60,237 nt of DNA from Folioceros fuciformis (taxonomy: Eukaryota): contig JBNGIO010006336.1 of assembly GCA_049999805.1 (NCBI GenBank), positions 86,110-146,346 on the forward strand, written 5' to 3'. Made by a program: the position numbers and the translations under genes. Shown here in pieces: positions 50,333 to 60,237 of the stretch (position 1 is the first letter of the stretch; each line of letters starts with the position of its first letter). Below the pieces are notes generated by a model. That model was not told the origin of the DNA and did not search any database. It saw nothing but the letters and a program-made list of their open reading frames with translations.

Positions 50333-50654
50333 AAATCCTCCTCCCCTGTGTCGTTTGTCGCAAATCTGATAGAGAGCGTACTAGGTGCATAGTCTGATCC
50401 CTTGTTCGAACAATGAGGCAGATGTAATTTTTATGACATAACGAGGTGCGATAACACACGGTGGAGTCTCTTGTCTTAGCGTGCTTCATCCGACTTGAAC
50501 TTCGATTCACACCAATGCATTCCTCCCTTTTCCTGGAGATAGCATCGGACAATTCTATTGGACGAGATACTGCACGTGAGCAGAAGATGTTCACAGACGC
50601 GTACTCCTACGAATCTCCACCCGCTGGACCTCCTTCTCCAAACTATCCTGGGGT

Positions 50655-53600
50655 GTGTCAGGAGCAAAGCAGATGGTTGTCGTTCTAATTAAGGCCGGTG
50701 AGTGGTATCCTGTTCCTGCTCATAGCACGTCATTCAGACAGAGGTCTACTCCCCCTCTTGTCGCAAGCACGTGTGCAGATCCGACGAAGGAAAATGCTTC
50801 GGATAGCAAGAGTCCTACCAAAGACTCAGCGGGTCGGCACCAGGAGCTCTTGTGGCGACAGTTTTTCCTGGACCATACACTCTGGTGGGATAACAGACGA
50901 CGCAAGAAGAATGCTCGATATTCGCCTGACTTCAGGCATAAGGAGTCCCTAGAGGTACTCTGGCTGAACGACAAGAACAAGCCAGCTTGGGTTGATGGGC
51001 AGCTTGCTGCTCTCGATATGCGGATGGGTCGTGGAGGACACGATACGGGAGTTACGGCTGAAACCGTGACCCTACTATGTGAGGAGGGCCAGCTCGCTGA
51101 GGCTGTCGAAGCCTTGGGCATTCTGGTGCATACAGACTTTCGTGTCTCTCAGTCTCTATTTTTTACTGTCCTGAAAAAATGTGTGGCTCAGAGGAATCTG
51201 GTCCTGGGTCGCCGAGTTCATGCTCTCACTGTGCAAGGGGAGTGCGAGTCGGACACGTTCTTGTGCAACCACATAATGCAAATGTATGCTTCTTATGGCA
51301 GGTTGCAAGACGCCATGGATGTGTTTACAGTGGTTGCTAAACCAAATGCATTTACCTGGTCTGCCATAATTTCTGCGCACGTGAAACAGGGACAAGATAA
51401 GCAGGCCATGCTCTTGTATCACCAGATGCGCAGCTCAAGCATGAAGCCAGATGGCTATGTGTTTGTAGCAGCGCTTCAGGCTTGTGCAAGGGGGCAAGAT
51501 CTGCAATCTGGGCAGCAGGTCCATGCTGATGTGCTCGCCAGTGGGGTTGAGCCTGATTTGTTTGTCTGTAACTCTCTCGTGGACATGTATGCAAAGTGTG
51601 GATGCTGGGATGAGGCTCGAAGAGTGTTTGATGGACTTGATCGAAAAGATGTGGTGACATGGAATGCCATGATTGCAGGGTACTCCCAGCAGGGGATGGG
51701 GCAGGAAGCCCTGGATCTCCACAAGGCTATGAAAGATGAAGGCGTCGTTGCGCCTGATTCTGTGACATTCGTATGCCTCCTGCAAGCATGTGCAAGTGTG
51801 GGCCCTCCAGCTTTGGAGAAAGGGAAGCAGCTTCATGCACAAATCAGAAGACGAGGTCTCCAGATTGATGTGTTTGTGTCAAACAGTTTGGTGAACATGT
51901 ATGTGAAGTGTGGCAGCTTGGATGAAGCTCAATCAATGTTTGATGGACTTGTTCACAGGGACGTGGTCACATGGAATGCGCTGATTGCAGGATATTCCCA
52001 GCAGGGCAGAGCGCAGCAAGCTCTTGGCCTTTACACAATCATGCAAGAAAAGGGAAACATATCACCAGATGCTGTGACATTTAGGTGCCTCTTGCAGGCA
52101 TGTGCAGCTTTGGGTAACTCAAGTTTGGAGAAGGGAAAGGAACTTCACAGGGATCTTACAGATCGAGGGTTTCTGGCTGACATGTTCGTTGGCAACAGTT
52201 TGGTAGACATGTATGCAAAGTGTGGCAGCCTAGAGGATGCTCAAAGGGTCTTTGACGGACTGTGTCAAAAAAATGTGGTGACGTGGAGTGCCATGATAGC
52301 TGGGTACTCCCAGCAAGGCATGGGTGAGGAAGCTCTTGCTCTTTACAAGGCTATGCAACGGGAAGACATCAGTGCTCCTGATTCTGTGACGTTTGTGTGC
52401 CTCTTGCAGGCATGTGCAAGCACCCAGGCTTTGGAGAGGGGGAGGGAGCTTCATGCCCGGATTAGAGAAGAAAACCTTGAAGCTGACATGTTTGTAGCCA
52501 GCAGTTTGATAAGCATGTATGCGAAATGCGGCAGCCTGGAGGACGCTCGGGGTGTGTTTGACAAACTTGGCCAAAGGAACGTGGTGACATGGAGTGCGAT
52601 TATAGCAGCATATTCACAGCAGGACATGGGGCAGGAAGCCCTCGGCCTTTACACGGATATGCAAGAAGAAGGACTTGTCACACCCAATTCTGTGACCTTC
52701 GTAAGCCTTCTGCAAGCATGTGCACGTGTAGGCACGCCGACTTTGGATAAGGGAAAGCAGCTTCATGCACAAATTAGAGAACAAGGGCTTGAGGCTAATG
52801 CGTGTATAGCCAACAGTTTGGTATACATGTATGCCAAGTGTGGCAGCTTGGAAGATGCTCAAAGTGTGTTTGATGGACTTGATACAAAGGATGTGGTGAC
52901 TTGGAATGCCATGATTGCAGGATATTCTCACCAGGGCATGGGCCAGGAAGCCCTTCATCTGTACAAGGCTATGCAATCAGACGGCATGGCTGTGCCCGAT
53001 TCTCTAACATTTGTATGCCTCCTGCAGGCTTGTGCACGCGTGGCTGCTTTGCATGTGGGAAAGCAACTTCATGCTCAGATACAAGACATGGGCCTTGGAG
53101 CCAACGCGACTCTAGGCAACAGTCTGATAAACATGTATGCAAAATCTGGGAGTATGGTTAACGCTCAGCAGATATTCGATGCTTTGCCCGAGAGAAATGT
53201 TGTCACCTGGAGTTCACTGATTGCAGGATACACCCGCCAAGGCGACAGTGATAAAGTTTTCGACCTGCTTCTTAAAATGCGAGAGGACGGAGCACAGCCA
53301 GAAGGCATCACCTTCCTTAGTGTGTTGACAGTATGCAGTCATACGGGTCTAGTGACCAAAGGCCGAGAGTACTTCGAAGCCATGAGCACGCAATTCCTCA
53401 TCACTCCCGCGGTGGAGCACTACGCATGTATGGTGGATCTCCTGGGTCGTGCAGGCCAACTGCACGAGGCACTATCACTGGTAACAACAATGCCTGTGCC
53501 ACCTAACGCATCGGTTTGGCACACTCTGTTGGGTGCTTGCCGAAAATGGGGCAATGTGCAGGTAGGACGCCGTGCCTTCGATGAAGCCGTGCAGCTAGAC

Positions 53601-53879
53601 GAGAAGGATGCTGCAGCGTATGTGCTCATGATAAGCATCTACAGAGGTGCCCAGATGTGGGATCAGGCTCGCCGAATGCAGGCCAGGAGAATAGGGATGA
53701 GGGCATGGAAGCAGCCAGGACAGACCTGGTGGACAGATATGGACGGGCTGGTGCATGAGTTTCTGGTCGGGGACAAGAAGCATCATGACAGTGAAGCTAT
53801 ATACGCAACACTGCTACAGCTCCAATCCAAAATCACGAACGAAGGTTATCTGTCACTCGTTTCTTCGTCCCCGGGTTAG
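50655..53879 (+). CDS. PDF-motif + PLS PPR (7 S motifs) + E1/E2 + WW-type PG box with truncated DYW (no deaminase motif). Probable in-frame intron 50698-50778; 5' end uncertain
   Basis: WKQPGQTWWTDMDGLVHEFLVGD...EGYL then stop, with no HxE or CxxC downstream. N-terminal LWRQFFLDHTLWWDNR..SPDFRHKESLEVLWL..KPAWV. Confidence 0.92.
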   Translation: MSGAKQMVVVLIKAGEWYPVPAHSTSFRQRSTPPLVASTCADPTKENASDSKSPTKDSAGRHQELLWRQFFLDHTLWWDNRRRKKNARYSPDFRHKESLEVLWLNDKNKPAWVDGQLAALDMRMGRGGHDTGVTAETVTLLCEEGQLAEAVEALGILVHTDFRVSQSLFFTVLKKCVAQRNLVLGRRVHALTVQGECESDTFLCNHIMQMYASYGRLQDAMDVFTVVAKPNAFTWSAIISAHVKQGQDKQAMLLYHQMRSSSMKPDGYVFVAALQACARGQDLQSGQQVHADVLASGVEPDLFVCNSLVDMYAKCGCWDEARRVFDGLDRKDVVTWNAMIAGYSQQGMGQEALDLHKAMKDEGVVAPDSVTFVCLLQACASVGPPALEKGKQLHAQIRRRGLQIDVFVSNSLVNMYVKCGSLDEAQSMFDGLVHRDVVTWNALIAGYSQQGRAQQALGLYTIMQEKGNISPDAVTFRCLLQACAALGNSSLEKGKELHRDLTDRGFLADMFVGNSLVDMYAKCGSLEDAQRVFDGLCQKNVVTWSAMIAGYSQQGMGEEALALYKAMQREDISAPDSVTFVCLLQACASTQALERGRELHARIREENLEADMFVASSLISMYAKCGSLEDARGVFDKLGQRNVVTWSAIIAAYSQQDMGQEALGLYTDMQEEGLVTPNSVTFVSLLQACARVGTPTLDKGKQLHAQIREQGLEANACIANSLVYMYAKCGSLEDAQSVFDGLDTKDVVTWNAMIAGYSHQGMGQEALHLYKAMQSDGMAVPDSLTFVCLLQACARVAALHVGKQLHAQIQDMGLGANATLGNSLINMYAKSGSMVNAQQIFDALPERNVVTWSSLIAGYTRQGDSDKVFDLLLKMREDGAQPEGITFLSVLTVCSHTGLVTKGREYFEAMSTQFLITPAVEHYACMVDLLGRAGQLHEALSLVTTMPVPPNASVWHTLLGACRKWGNVQVGRRAFDEAVQLDEKDAAAYVLMISIYRGAQMWDQARRMQARRIGMRAWKQPGQTWWTDMDGLVHEFLVGDKKHHDSEAIYATLLQLQSKITNEGYLSLVSSSPG

Positions 53880-54016
53880 AGCCTCACCTGGGTTCATGGC
53901 TCTGGTTCCATACCAACACGAATGCAGGTACGTAGATAAGAAGAAGGCACACAGCGCAAACACGCAGGCCGCCTGCACTGGCCTAACACGGAAGAAGTGG
54001 AGGAATTCAATTGTAT

Positions 54017-55437
54017 CTATGGATGGGACTCCAAACGCTCGAGCTGAAAGTGCAAGCCGTTTTTGTTGAGCCTTTCTTGCAGGTCGGTGGTGGCAAAAGC
54101 AGCTCCAGGCGTGAAGACCCCCCCCTTTGGCAAGGCCTTTCTTTGATCAAGCACCAGAAGCGCAGCCTGAACCAGGCAAATGGGAGTGGTGACGTAGCCC
54201 ATTTCAGGCCCCGTTATGCGAGTGACGATCACCTTGTCCGGCAGTCGTGAGTCGCCTTGTGCAACCGCGCTGCTGTATCCTTTTCCCACAAACCACATGG
54301 AGAAACTCATGTTGTTGATGGCCTCCTCGGTCGGCCCTTCCTTGGAGAAAATCCCCAGCGAGCACAGCCTGGGGTGGTGCAGCAGCCATCTCTTGCCCCA
54401 GCGGAACTGCACCAACCTTGCCCACACGGACGCCATCAACAAGATGCACAGCAGAGGTACGCAGTTCCTGGACGTCAGGTAGCACCCGTAGTGCGCAGGC
54501 CTGAGAGACCGCCATTCCTGTTTCCTGCTCTCGCAGTCGGCATGGGAGTCCAGCCCGTCGGGATTGGTGGCCCACGTCGACTGCGTTCTGCGGACAACGG
54601 TGGCGTCAGCCACGGGGAGCTTTAGCGCCCACTTCCCGATCTTCTCCTCCCACTGCAGCAGCCCAGGCTTCCTGGCCGGGATCCCGGCAATCTGCAGCAG
54701 CCAGCGTTTCTCATTGTTCAGCCTGGGCATTAGAGGAAACGCAGAAGATGGAGAGAGCAGGATGCATGTGGCAGTACCTGAGGGCGAGTTCTGTGAGGGA
54801 CGCTGCGTCTGATTTCCGCCAGCACCTGGGCATTGGAGAGCGAGAGAATGAGGGACTCGTAAGTGCCGAAGTTGATGATAGCTCCCCGGTGCCGGTTCTT
54901 GGATGCGCCCATGACGTAAGAATCAACGCTGTTGGGAGTCCAGCCTCGCTTCAGGAATTCCTTGGTTGTGTACTGCACTCCGATCTCGGCCGGGATGGAG
55001 TCGTATCCGCAGGCCGAAACGATGAGGCACTGGTTGTGCACCGCCGTCTTGTGGTACTTCATCTCCATGCTCTCCATGAAAGCTGGCTCTCCGCAGATGT
55101 CCAGGTAATCCACCCCGGCTTGCACGCATGCTGCCACCACGGGCTCCCCATACGTGCTGTAAGGCCCCACGCAGGAGACGAGCAGCTTGGTGTGCTTGCA
55201 CAGTGAAGCCAGGGAGTCGGGCTGGAACACGTCTGCCTCGAGGATTGGGATTCTAGTGAGGAGGGAGGGATCCGGACCTCCCGCCCAGATGAGTGTGGCA
55301 GCCAGCTTGTTTTGGTCCCGTCCGGCGATGCCGATTTTCTTGTTGAACTTGAGGAACTCACGAAGCACGTACTTCCCAGTGAAACCTGAAGCTCCAAGTA
55401 TGATGATATCCAGCAGCAGTCCCTGCTCTGCGGCCAT
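54017..55437 (-). CDS. Saccharopine dehydrogenase-like oxidoreductase (SCCPDH family); intron 54692-54777
   Basis: DIIILGASGFTGKYV, IAGRD..KL, CVGPY..YGEPVV.AC...G.DYLDICGEP, SACGYDSIPAEIG, GPEMGYVTTPICLVQAAL, LPKGGVFTPGAAF. Confidence 0.93.
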
Positions 55438-56760
55438 GGCTTCCACAGGTGAGAGGCTTGGAGGACCAATTCAGTGATCGACCACCGAGTGCTCAGCCCG
55501 GGATAACTGAGGAGACGACCACAGACCAATGTGGGCATGCCAGAAACATGCAGATGCTTGCAGGTCGTGGAGCTCTATGGGTCCATTATATACAAGTCTC
55601 TTGGTGACGTTAATGGTACCTACCAACTGACCGCGGACCGGGACATCCACCGACTTGCTTTGGATCACTTCAGGACATGTGCTGCCGGGTACTTTGCACT
55701 TACTAGCTCTCTTGGCTCTCAACATAAAGCTGCTGCGCGGAGACAGTCTGTCATGCTGCACTTGCCTTTGCACCAGCTTATTTAACAACATGGGTGTCGT
55801 CGTTCTGATTGCATGCAGTACACGGAAGTGGGCTATTCACGTGAAGCTCCCGCTACCGGTATGGCCTAGACCTGACTTTGGTGGACCTGGAGCTGCCTCA
55901 TACCAAACTGGTGTGCAACCAGGCCGATGGATCTCTCTGCAGTCTGCTGCTGTCAATTCTGCTCTCTCAGATCAGTACTCTGTACTCAGGGCGTCATGAA
56001 GTGGCGGAAATATGTTTACTCATGCACTCATGGTCACGAGGCACATGGTCACATGCCTCATAAAGTAGTGTTTACCGACGGTCTGGTATACATGAGCTGG
56101 GAGAAACATTGCACCAGTGGGAACCACAACTTCCATGATTTTCCTATTCCTGTGTTTTGTGGCACCCAATGCTTCACAACAAGGTTGTGCTCGAGGGTTA
56201 TGAAACAGGCGAACAGGAATGTTGTCTCGACAAGGTGTGATTGGGATGTTACGATGAAGGATATTCGATATCCATAAACCTATTGAGTGGAAGTGATGTT
56301 ATTGTCTAGATCACAAGTGTTGCTCTGAAGACTGAGATGCTCGCAGCACCACAGCCCAGCACAGGGCTGGCTATCTTCCCCTACTTCAGAATATTCTCTC
56401 AACAGTAGCGGCCAGTGTGCTTTGCCTTGGTATGCATTCCCTCTTCCCTGCAAGGACAGCCCGAAAGAAAGCTCAGACCATGAAGCAACGTGGCTGGATT
56501 CCGATGGTCGAGCAATGTGGAGTACTCTTGTCGTTGGCTGCATTAGTGCCCTTATCTTCCACGGTGCATAGAGTTGGCCCGGCAGGAAGAGTGACCTATT
56601 TGAACATGGAGTACAGAAACAAAACCATCACTTTGGATGTTGCCGATTACCTGTATTGCATACCAAAGAGAACAGACTTGGATAGACAACGGCTATGTTG
56701 CCGCAAGTGCATTGGAAGGGAGCATGGACCAAGCTCAAGTGAAAAAGCATCTCAATGGGG

Positions 56761-56854
56761 AATGTCACAAAGTGCAATGCTTCAATGTTGGATAAATGGA
56801 GCGAGAGAATGTCACAAAGTGCAATGCTTCAATGTTGGATAAATGGAGCGAGAG
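56761..56854. repeat. Perfect 47-bp tandem duplication
   Basis: AATGTCACAAAGTGCAATGCTTCAATGTTGGATAAATGGAGCGAGAG at 56761-56807 and 56808-56854; a degenerate third start at ~56915. Confidence 0.95.
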
Positions 56855-57417
56855 ATGTACTGAGCCAAGATGAAATCGCAGCTAGAGGATGGACTAAGCC
56901 CCAGCGAAACTAGGAATGTCACAAGTGTGGAACGCTGCAATGTTCATTTAAGCCAGAAGCCCTAACTCCAGCTCACTCCCTCGAGCCTGAACTGAGTGGA
57001 CTTCGGAAGTAAGGAATCTCGGACCAGGGTAGAGCTCGAAGTAGGCACACCATGATAGATGACCCGATGAAGGACCCTAGGTTTACGTAATGTTTATATG
57101 GCATACTAATGCTATATATGTTGGTCTCCATGGGTACGGTTACCTAACGGTATGTAAGAAACCTCGGAAGCGCGCGGTTCGCAAACCATTCGTTTAGGAT
57201 TCATAAATGAGTTGTAGTGAGTCTCCATGCTGAAAGATCGAAATCTCCCTCACGACAGCCTGCTGGTCGATCTGCGGGAGACCGCCCTCTCGTGACATCA
57301 TTGAGCTCTGTTTTCTCGATGGGCTTGTCTGAACTGAACGTCGATTGAGATCTGTAGATTCGTCATCGGCGAGACCCTCGACTGCTGCCGCTGTTGTTGG
57401 CTGTGTGCTTGGCTTGG

Positions 57418-60237
57418 ATGATGAAGACCCAGAGGGGCGGGCAGACGGGGAGAGGAATGGGTGGCGCTCGGGGGGAGCGGCATGGTAGAGGCCAACATCG
57501 GAGCAGAGGGAGTAGTGGGTCTGGGGGAAGGGGGTATCAGGCAAGCAGGCGAATTCTCAACGCTGACGATGATTCGACGTCCTTCACCTTCTCCGAAAAC
57601 CTTCCTCGAAAGTAAGCGGCGCTCGAAGCTGTTCCCGCTTTTGCTCTGAGCTGAAATTGTGAGAGTCTAGTCTAATTTGAGTGCCATGGGTGTCCTCACA
57701 CCTTTCTCTGTGACTTGTTTTCGTTTTCTACTTTTGCACCAGTGTTCCTGTGGACCAAGAAACCAAGCAATATTTTGTGCAGTTATCTCTCCTGATTCAA
57801 GACGGGGGCTCTGTTGAAGATTCTGAGGATAGAGCACTTCTGACGGCGAATGCCTTAGGGGAAGCTAGTGGGAAGGAGCAACAGCTGGCCTGTGATGTCA
57901 CCTGCAGTCGAGTGCTGGAGAATCTTCTGGCTGCTGCTGATTTGGAACATGTGTTGGTCTTCCTTCGGGGCTGCAGCCCTAGTTTCGCGTCCATCTCCAT
58001 ACATTTTGCCGGCTCGCATGTGGCGGACGCAGTTTTGGGAGCTCTTTCCCGCATGGTGCGGGATGGTAGCATGTCTCGCGAAGGCCTCGGGGCTGTCGAA
58101 TCTGCCCTTGGACCTGTGTGTAAGGTATAAGTCTTTTCCTAACGTTATCGTATCCGCGTACCCAAGTCTCACATGCTGCTACTGCTGTGTACTTAATTCA
58201 ACGATGTTGTGTGTCGTTCAGGTGATCGACGGAGCTTTACTAGATGTGATATGCAGCAGATATGGATCACATGTGTATCGCAACCTCCTGGCATTATGCA
58301 GTGGAGTTGCACTTGAAGCTGCCATTCAGGGCGCAGCAGTGGTTTCGGAAAAGCTTGAATCTAGACTTGTTCAGGCATACAACGCTGCGGTGGCGCCTCC
58401 GAAGTATGTGTTCCCGAAGTTGATTCGTTCCCTGGTTGATGGGATCTTGGGGCTGGCAACTGCGGATATCAAGAGGCTTCTTGCTGACTCTGCTGCTGTG
58501 CCTGTTTTACAGGTGCGTGGCGAGTCCATGTTCTTTGTAATTGCTACCTTCAACCGAGCAATACTTCTGTTATTTTCATACTTGTTTCATCCGGTTGCAG
58601 GCTGTGCTGAAGGTACTGGATGGAGATAGTTCTGCTATCACCCGGATAGTGTCAATGCTCTTAGATAGCGGTCTGGAAAACGTTGGTCGTGACGGAAGGG
58701 TGCTAGAGGCTGCGTCTGTTCCCACAGTCTTGGAAAGCATGAAAGGTTTCTATAGCAGCCATTTATTTGAGGTGATTGTTGCTCATTGTCTAGTGAATTT
58801 TGTCTCTTGAACTAATATTGTGGGAGCAGTTATATTTTACTTATAGCTCGTTGTGTGTTTTCTATAGACTATGCTGCAAGTGGTGCCAGACTCTTTGTTT
58901 CTTGAAATGTTTGCGAGGTTCTTTAGGCAGCATCTTCTAGAGCTTTCACTCCACAAGTCTGCAAACTTCGTCGTTCAATCTTTGATTTCTTCTGCCCGGA
59001 ATAAGGACCAGGTGCGGTCAACAGTTTTGCTTGCAAATGTCCCCATCTTTGAATGTTGTTCTGCCTCAACGGCACTTACCTGGACCCGATATTGTAGGTC
59101 AACGCCATAGTTGAGGAGCTCCAGGGAGACTTTTTGGATCTAATCAAGGAAAAAAGAGCTGGTGTACTAGCTGTGCTTATCGCTGCATGTGATCGGTTTC
59201 GCACTCGCCGGCATGAGGTGTGGTCTGCACTTGCAAGTCTCATGTTGCTTGGCCAACCCGGTGATAACTCACTGAAGTGCTCACCGTCAAGTCCATCTCC
59301 TCTTTCCACAGGTTTGCAGAATCCTGGTGCATGCTGTTGCTGGGGAAACGAGTGATCCCACTGGTTTGGTGCCACGCTTTCTACGTTTGGAACGCATCTG
59401 TAGCCCGACGGACAATCATTCAGCTCCTGGAGCAAAGGGCTCCGTGATTGGGAGTACGATACTTCAGAAGATTTTTGGGTTTCCTCAGGTGAGATTGTAA
59501 CTGCGATTGAGTTCTGTCTGTGGAACCTGACAACTTTTGACGCCAACCGCATGTCCTCGCTTTGAACTGAATTTTGGTGCTCTTGGATCTTGTGCTCTCT
59601 GGGCCTGCTATCTTACATGAGCCGATTCCATCTAATATTTGACTGTGCAGGAACACTGTCAACCCTTCTTAAAAAGCATGCTGGCCATGACAGCTGCTGA
59701 TGCTGTTGACATGGTGAAGGACAGGCTTGGTTCTCATGTGATCGAGGCTTTCCTAGAGTCGTTTGCACCCGCAAAACAAAAACATCGTTTTATTGCAAAG
59801 TGGGCCCCCGACCTCCGGATTTCAATGGCTTCAAAGTTGTAGGCTGCTCAAAGTTTCCATGGCCATTGAGGTGTGTGTTAGCTCATTCGTGAATGTTCTC
59901 GCAGGTTCAAAGGGCAGTTTGCAGACCTGGCTTTGCTAGGAGCTTCCTCCTACGCCATTCTGAAATGTTTTGACAAAGCAGACATCAAGCTGAAGGAAGC
60001 AATAGTAACGGAATTGGCTCGAGTGCAGGCTGGGCTGTCAAAGACCAAGCGTGGGCCATATCTACTTAAGAGAATGGACGTTGCGATGTGGGTATTTGAG
60101 ATAAAAATAACCTCCTCGCTGATGCGTTGGCTCGTTGTGCTTTATCTGCTACATTTCTCCAGCTCTGGTTTCTTGGGTTATGAGTTTGTTGTCTGATCCT
60201 CGATGCTGCTTTGTGGTGGAGAAGATATTCCAGAGCT
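57418..60237 (+). CDS. NOP9: Nucleolar Pumilio-like protein NOP9/APUM23, multi-exon, 3' end beyond the window
   Basis: G/R-rich N-terminus, VDQETKQYF, NALGEASGKE.QLACD..CSRVLE.LL, GSHVAD, YGSHV.R.LL, SSHLFE, SANFVVQSLI, GSHVIEAFL. Confidence 0.88.

Noticed and set aside
59074-59085. ACTTACCTGGAC matching the 5' end of U1 snRNA
   Set aside because: Only 12 nt inside a NOP9 intron; the rest of U1 is absent.

Overview
Gene-dense eukaryotic nuclear DNA from a land plant. Introns are short (mostly ~70-130 nt), spacing is very tight, and there are two 100-N scaffold gaps. A hornwort such as Anthoceros is the best inference, because a compact genome co-occurs with DYW:KP and WW-type PPR editing factors; the organism cannot be proven from sequence alone. 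About 18 genes can be read: TRM/LONGIFOLIA (5'-truncated), five PLS-class PPR RNA-editing factors (four DYW:KP candidate U-to-C enzymes and one truncated WW-type), ANTH/PICALM, ATG3, an EB1-C-terminus-only protein, RPS3, an NPF transporter, an ARM protein, SEC24 (with a U12 intron), a KDPG/KHG aldolase, TMEM230, a NO66/RIOX-type JmjC oxygenase, a saccharopine dehydrogenase-like gene and NOP9/APUM23 (3'-truncated). The most striking observation is that two PPR editing factors, one KP/GRP-type and one WW-type, carry an intact N-terminal copy of the 'PDF' ssDNA-binding motif known from organellar OSB proteins. Two neighbouring KP genes appear to retain complementary decayed halves of it. This suggests a PDF-PPR-DYW architecture that could link organellar ssDNA or nucleoids to RNA editing. 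All exon models were read by eye and need RNA-seq confirmation.
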